The notes beneath the pieces are model-generated. The model worked only from the letters and a program-made list of their open reading frames with translations. It searched no databases and was not told the DNA's origin. From assembly GCA_964016885.1 (NCBI GenBank), contig OZ024747.1:40052001-40116000 (forward strand): a DNA stretch of 64,000 nt. Reading direction: 5' to 3'. A program made the position numbers and the translations under genes. Origin of the DNA: Eledone cirrhosa. Lineage: Eukaryota. Positions 57,211-64,000 of this stretch are shown piece after piece; the stretch's first letter is position 1; each line of letters starts with the position of its first letter.

Positions 57211-59783
57211 TATATATATATATATATATATGTGTGTGTATGTGTGTGTGTGTGTGTGTATCCGCTATGTTAGAGAGGAAACTAATTGTTTATATATATA
57301 TATACAGCAAATGAATGGGGAGAGAGCGAAATAGAGAGGTGTAGATAAAAGAATGTACGTGTGTAAGTATATATAGATACATATGTGCATGGATGTGTAT
57401 AATTGGGAATGTGTGTATGTAACCATGTCTGTCTGAGTGTGTGTATAAAATCCTTGATATATATTTTTAAATATTTACTACAACAGGCTTTTTCCCATCA
57501 TTTCAGCAATATCTCAGTAAATTAAAAGTTATCTATTATGTTAGGGTTGTGGGTTGAGATAAAAGAATGGAAAGACATAAAATTTGAATAATGAAGCAAC
57601 TTCTTTTCAAGTTTTTTTTTTTTCGTAAATGAGATAATTTTTTTTAATGAAACGAAAGAATGAAATGTATTGTTACTACAAGAAGGCAAATGAAAAATAG
57701 TAAGAGCAAAATGAATTTACTAGATGATGTCCATATAATCATTTTAATTAAGTCGCTAGTTATTGACGTCGTGTTTTTGTTACCTTGACGAGTCATCGGC
57801 AATCGATACCCAATTTTCTATTGCTATAAAAGTATTCGGTTTGTTTAACTGTTGTGTTCGCCACAAAATTGTTTGTTTTTGTTGTTGTTTTTTTGTGTGT
57901 ATGCGTGTGTGTTTTCTTTTCTTTTTTTTTTTCTTTTTGCCGACTTCTAACAGAGGAAGTGGGATAAGATTCTTAAGAGATTAGTATTTTGCTGATATTG
58001 GTTATTTCTTAGAGAATACCAAATAAACAAATTCCTGCTTACTGTTGTGTCAATAACGGGATATTTCGTCTGTCTCCTCCTGAACATTCGCATTATACTT
58101 TTAGCTTTTTTATGTCCTTACTATACTATATCAGGGATCATAAACATTTCTGCTGATACGAATCTCAGGTATTTATAAATAAAGCTGATAAACTTGATAA
58201 TAGAAAGATAATAGAAATGTGTGCACATTTTCTTCCTTTACCAAAAGATCTATGCATGCATGTTCCCGTAACTTCTGATAGAACCGTAGTTGGGGCATAG
58301 TGGCATATGGTGTTTCTAGAGCATTGTATAAGCCTAGTGGAACCCATCTCCTCTCCAGTCTAACATTTACACTATTTCATCAAATAATAGAATATTAATG
58401 TAGAATATTTAGAATGATATGAAGAATCTTACTAAAAATTGTCAAACTTTAACAAAAAAAACCCTGTAGGAGACCCCGTCTTGTAAGAACACGAAAGATA
58501 TGTTAATGAAACATTTGTCTTTGCATAAACTCAAATTTGAGACCACAGTCCTACAACGCAATCTCGTGCAATCTGTCTTTCTTTCTGTATTGTTGAATTT
58601 GGTTATTGTTTAGGTTGTTTAGTTTTTAAAGGTTTTGGTAAGGGAAAGCACTATTTGATTTATCAGTTAGTTGCTGGGGACTTCTCAACAGTGTTTATAG
58701 CCAATGGAATTTAAGTGGTCGGTGCCATGGGGGAGAATCGAATCCAGTTTAAATTCCTCGATTTGATGCATCGTCAGATTCATGATTTTCATAGGTAAAA
58801 CATTAAACTGGGTCACATAAGCACCATACTGCAATAATGTAACAGGAGGCGCTCTGTATAAAGAAATACGGCAATGTTCCTGTTTACTCAGCAGTAAATA
58901 AGTACCATTAATAGCTGGGGGTTTAAATCTGCGATGGACTGGTGTCCAGTCCAGGGCAGAATCTTGTATCTTCAGTCGCTTAACCCCTTGAAAACCAGGA
59001 TAAGCACCTTCCTGATAAACCTCTGGGATCGAGACAGATTTTAGACTATATATATGATATAAGTTGACTATCATATGATATATATATATATCATATGATA
59101 ATCTACTTATATCATATAATATATATCATTTAATAATCTATTTCACTCCTGTTTCTAATTCATGTTGTTGATTTCCTTTTTGGCATTAAATTCATTGTGG
59201 AAGATATCAATTTTTCAAATTATCAGTAGCCTTTATAATTCCGTGCCTTGTGCCTATGATTCAAATAATTTATGGTGGCTGATATTTAATGAGAAATTTA
59301 AGCAGTCGTAAAAGCCCATTTTAAGACCATATAGATTTTCTGGTTGTACAATTTCTTTTGTTTTGTACTCAATAGATTCTTCTAAGCAATTCAAACGATT
59401 CTCGATACAGGATATTAAGCTAGCGATAACTAATCATCGCTTTAATGGAACTAATGATGTAAAGTCACAATAATAATGTTAAATATGTTAAACGTAGGCA
59501 ATGCAGATCTCGATTTGTTAATTTCAAATCAAGATGTTAGAAAGAACGACAAATGAAATTCTATAACTGCGTAAGAAAATAGTAGGGTTAATAATGAAAC
59601 GGCTGGAAAAAATAATGAATGTCTAGCATTTTGCCGTTCGTCATTGTTTCGCTAGCAACAAGAAGTGTGCATGTTTAATCAATTCTATTCGGCCGGGAAG
59701 ATTATTCAGAATTACTATAGCTTCATTTTGAGATCGACGACGGCGCCCTTGCCGCACAGAAGATGGTATATCTGTTGTAGACG

Positions 59784-59817
<34 letters not shown>

Positions 59818-60462
59818 TTCTATTAACATCATAAAATACATTATCACTCCCATCATCGCCTTCATCATATTTCTAACTGCCACGAATTTGGTAGAATTGC
59901 TCCTTACTTTATATAACCACCGTAATAAATAGTTGCATTTCTAATGATAATAATCCCGAACGTGTGCTAACAGGTTATTAGAAACAGAGGTGGAAGGACC
60001 TGTTTCATCTGATATACTACAATGATGTTGATGATGATAATAAATGTTTCTGATTTAGGCACGAGGCCAAATATTTTGCAGGAGGGAGAAGTCGATTTAA
60101 CCGACCTCAGTACTTCGTTGGTATTTCCTTTTATCGACTCGGAAGAATGTAAGGTAAAGCTGGCCTTGGTAGGATTTGATCTCAGTACATGGAGGACAGC
60201 AAAACTGATGTAATGCGTTATTCTGCTATACTAATGTTAAAGCCAATTCACCAAGCTAAATGGTTTCTAATTTAGGCAAAACGATCAGCAGTTTTTGTTT
60301 TTTTTTTGGGGGGGGGGGGGGGGATAAGACGATGATACAAGGGCTTAACTGACATAGGCAGGATTTGAACTCAAATATAAACAGCTGGAACGAATACTAC
60401 AAAGTAAGTTAGCTGACTTCATTACGTCTCAGCCAGTCTACATCTACTATTTATATACCACC

Positions 60463-60672
60463 AGGGCGGTGAATTGGCAGTATCAGCGAAGCGTGGGGCA
60501 ACATGCTTTATGGCATAGAGTTACAGCCCTTTGCGATCAAATCTTTCCGAGGTTAGCTTTGCCATTCATCCTTAAGGGGTCGATAAAATAAAGTACCAGT
60601 AATGCACTAGAGTCGATTTAATCGAAACCCCGCCCACAATTGTTGGCCTTGTGCCTAAATCAGAAACCCCTA
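60463..60672 (+). mobile_element. Older family 1-related SINE
   Basis: Consensus match; TSD-like tatt(t/a)atataccac on both sides. Confidence 0.8.
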
Positions 60673-61327
60673 TTAATATACCACTTACAATCAACTATTG
60701 TTAATATACCACTTACCTGACATCTCCTGATTCTCTTGAATTTCTTTATTATTTTAGCTTCTTCTCCAACTTCTTTCTCTATCTTCCCCTTCTCCCTCTT
60801 TCCTTTCCTCTCTCATCTATCTATATTTCACATTCTTTCCCTTTCTTTCTTTATACCGTAATACATATTTAAATTAACATCTCAGATTTCAGTTCGGCTG
60901 CTAAACTTCTATAATAGTGCAGGTGTGTGTGCCTATGGTTGTTGGTGAAACATACATACGCACACACATATACAAACACACGCGGGCTACCCCACAGATA
61001 TTAGTGTGCATATCTATATGTTTGTATATATATATATATATATATGTGTGTGTATATATATGTATGAATGAAGTAATTCCGTCGGAAAAGTCCAGGAAAA
61101 AAGAGTGCTCTATGTAGGTAACAGAGCTTAATAGTTATGTAATAAACAACATAAGGCAATTATTTCATTTACCAGTGGTTTCTTAAAAGCAAAAGAATTT
61201 TGCTTTCAATCATCAGAATGAAAAAATCTTGGTGTATTTATTGACGTTTGATTTTAAAAACAAAAATATAATCTATATGAAAGTGAGGCTGGAAAAGGAA
61301 GAAGGAAAGGAAAAATAAAAACACACA

Positions 61328-61367
<40 letters not shown>

Positions 61368-62377
61368 AACATATATATTTATATATATATATATACAGGG
61401 TGCCCCCCCCCCAAAAAAAAATGAATACATACTTCAACAGCATTCTAATTATATTACCTGTACTCGTAATCAAAATACATTTTTGGAGGAGACTCTGTAT
61501 GTATATGTGTGTGTGTGTGCGAGCGTGAGCATGTGCGTTTGTGTATAAAATTAACATGAGTATGTGTGTATATCTGTCTGTCTGTAAACTCCCTCCAACT
61601 CTATTCCTTATTTATCCTTCTTTATCTTCTAAACTTTCCAACAGCTGTAATACTACAACAGTCTTTTTTACACAGTAAGGTGAAATAAAAGGCTATATTA
61701 CTTTCTTACCAACCAAATACATTTGAATAAGAGACAATGATAATTAATGGGAAGAGTAATTCTACTCGTTGCCTACTCTACACCGTTTTTCTATTAGATC
61801 GTAATGTATGGAGTGTGGAGGAAATGGAATACTCCAGTGTCATGATGGGTAGGATTTGTATTAGATTTATGGTGGGTGAGGAAACAGGGAGGCTGGAGGT
61901 GAAGTAGAAGGTTAAGTGACTTCTAATGCAGACAAAGACAGCCTAACAGATAGCTTAACAGTGTGAGTTTTAGACTACGATTATAGACAGACCTGAACAG
62001 CATTTTATCTTTCTTCCATTTGCTTTATTTTTGTCTTTACTCTTTTCTTCTTATATTGATTTCGGTCATTTGACCGCGACCATACTGGAGCACTACCTTA
62101 ATCGGAAACGGTTGATCATATCGACCTCGGTATTCGTGCTTTTGTTTTTTAAGTCTGATACTAATTGTGTCGCTCTATATTGTCCAACAGCTATGGTACT
62201 TGATGTAAATAAACATAGCTACGACCCCCCACCCACCCCACCCCACCACCACCACCACCACCACCACCATCACCATATATATAGTTCAAGAATAAACGAG
62301 ACAAACAGAGATGCAAAAAGACAAAACCTTATTAGTTTCACACCTAGGAATGAAGATGAATAAAAAGTATAGAAGTG

Positions 62378-62416
62378 TCTCAAGGTATCGGACTTAGGTC
62401 CTTCTTCAGGAAAGAG
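62378..62416 (-). ncRNA. Decayed minimal hammerhead ribozyme
   Basis: tttc-CTGAAGA-a ggac ctaa gtcc-GATA-cc-TT-gaga (GAAA mutated). Confidence 0.45.
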
Positions 62417-62565
62417 CAATGTTTAGAGAGGGGGGGGGGCGAAACTAGGTAGGTATTTCCAAGATGTCGGATAGATATCCCAGATTGAATAGTAGATTTG
62501 TCGCATAAGAGTGGAAATACATTTCAAGAATAAATGAGACAAACACTGATGGGTGTATGCATGTA

Positions 62566-62594
<29 letters not shown>

Positions 62595-62596
<2 letters not shown>

Positions 62597-62833
62597 CACA
62601 AAGAAGGTGTGGTAAGATACCAGGTGGACCATAACGCACGAGAGTACTAAATACTTAGGGTAGTAGAGTGGGTAATAGGTAAAGAGTCAGGACTCCGACG
62701 GCTGATCTCCGGCCGTTTCGACAGCTAGATCCGAACTGAGAGGCTGGAGGTGAAGTAACAGGTTAAGTGACTTGTGATCCGTTTGGAGGATCCAGCTGTC
62801 GAAACGGCCGGAGCTCTGCCGTCGGGGTCCTGA

Positions 62834-62838
<5 letters not shown>
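62595..62838. mobile_element. Family D fold-back element between (TA)n tracts
   Basis: Arms 62683-62733 / 62788-62838; homologous to 9818-10187. Confidence 0.78.
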
Positions 62839-62874
<36 letters not shown>

Positions 62875-63536
62875 CCACACCCGAACTCCCAGATGCACAA
62901 ACTACAGCTTTAAAGAAAAAAACAAAGCTTTCATCTGGTATTTTTAAAACCGTTTCGTTTTCTTCAGGTCATTTGTGATATTAGTAATGACATGGGAAAT
63001 TTATTACTAAGTTTTCCATTATTTATATATCATTATTGGATGATATCATTATAGGTTTTATCATTGATATATACTGAAAAACATATATACCCCAGTTAGA
63101 TATTTAGGTAGAACCTGCTGCGCTCACAGCCGTTTGTTATTGTTTTATAAACTCTTGTCTAAATGAATTTATTTATAAAACGTATCATCTGTTTATGGAC
63201 AGTTACATCTGAAAATATTCCCGTGTCAAACGTCATTTTGAGGTGCAACAATTATAAAATAGTGTATGTTTTCGTTGATTTTAAGTGTTCCCTTAGGATT
63301 TACATCAGAAAATGATTCACAGATTTACGACAGACGGCGCTAGCTTTCGAAAATATATACATTTAATAGGTTTAATTACCCGCAGGTCTTGTCAGCACTG
63401 TAGACTTGAATGATGAGTGAGAAGTATCTGTTACCCTATATCTATAATTGTATGATGTATACAGTAATATGCAGCTTATAATGCATGACATTCACTTTAT
63501 CAGCCGCACATGACAATTTCCACCCCTACACACATG

Positions 63537-63567
<31 letters not shown>

Positions 63568-64000
63568 GTATGTGTATATATATATATATATGTGTCTGTG
63601 TGTGTGTATGTGCGCGTGTGTACGGAGAGGTGCATGTATGTGTGTATATATGTATATGTGTATTAAAGGCCTAACTTATCCTTTGTTGTTGTAAAGGAAC
63701 TCGTTTAACTCATTAAATATAAGCAATGGAAAGGAGAAACTCGAAAATACGTCGATTCTTTCTCTGTCTCACTTTATCACTTTCTCAGTTTCTCTTTCTT
63801 TCTTTGTCTGGGAGAAATCGGGTGTGCTCCGACATAGAGAGGGATGAACTCCGCCAGATGTAAAATACACTAGCCTCACAAAATAGTGCCCTTGCGATTC
63901 ACTCAAGTATTATGGACATTTTACTTCTATTTTAACTATCAAGACACAATTGTCTTGTGTAAATACTACTGACAAAAGACCACACAATAGACAAGCATAG

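Noticed and set aside
59715-59770. GC-rich patch as the next TH exon
   Set aside because: No HxE(S/T)R ACT motif in any frame and poor splice sites.
62945-62970. Minus-strand CTGAAGA-aaac-GAAA motif
   Set aside because: No helix I or helix II pairing; likewise isolated CTGATGA hits near 20425, 37030 and 49897.

Overview
AT-rich, microsatellite-saturated animal genomic DNA. The repeat landscape suggests an octopus or other coleoid cephalopod (inference). Almost every ORF in the supplied track is a microsatellite artefact. There is one convincing host coding exon: 51454-51690 (+), a phase 0/0 exon of tyrosine hydroxylase carrying the RRKSLIEDAR PKA site and the start of the ACT domain, so much of the window is probably TH intron or upstream DNA. 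The rest is mobile DNA: many tRNA-derived SINEs with TSDs, CORE-type SINEs, a Tx1/L1 LINE 3' end in an (AAT)n tract, a mariner remnant, two Penelope-like (GIY-YIG) fragments and two 18-bp minisatellites. The most notable pattern is at least six distinct families of short non-coding fold-back (head-to-head palindromic) elements in (TA)n tracts. They carry full, truncated or decayed minimal type I hammerhead ribozymes, often invert at or near the ribozyme core, and in one case the inverted arm runs on into flanking DNA. Element-free (TA)n-centred inverted duplications also recur. Together these suggest a Penelope-driven nick and snap-back process. All structures were read by eye; no searches or folding programs were run.
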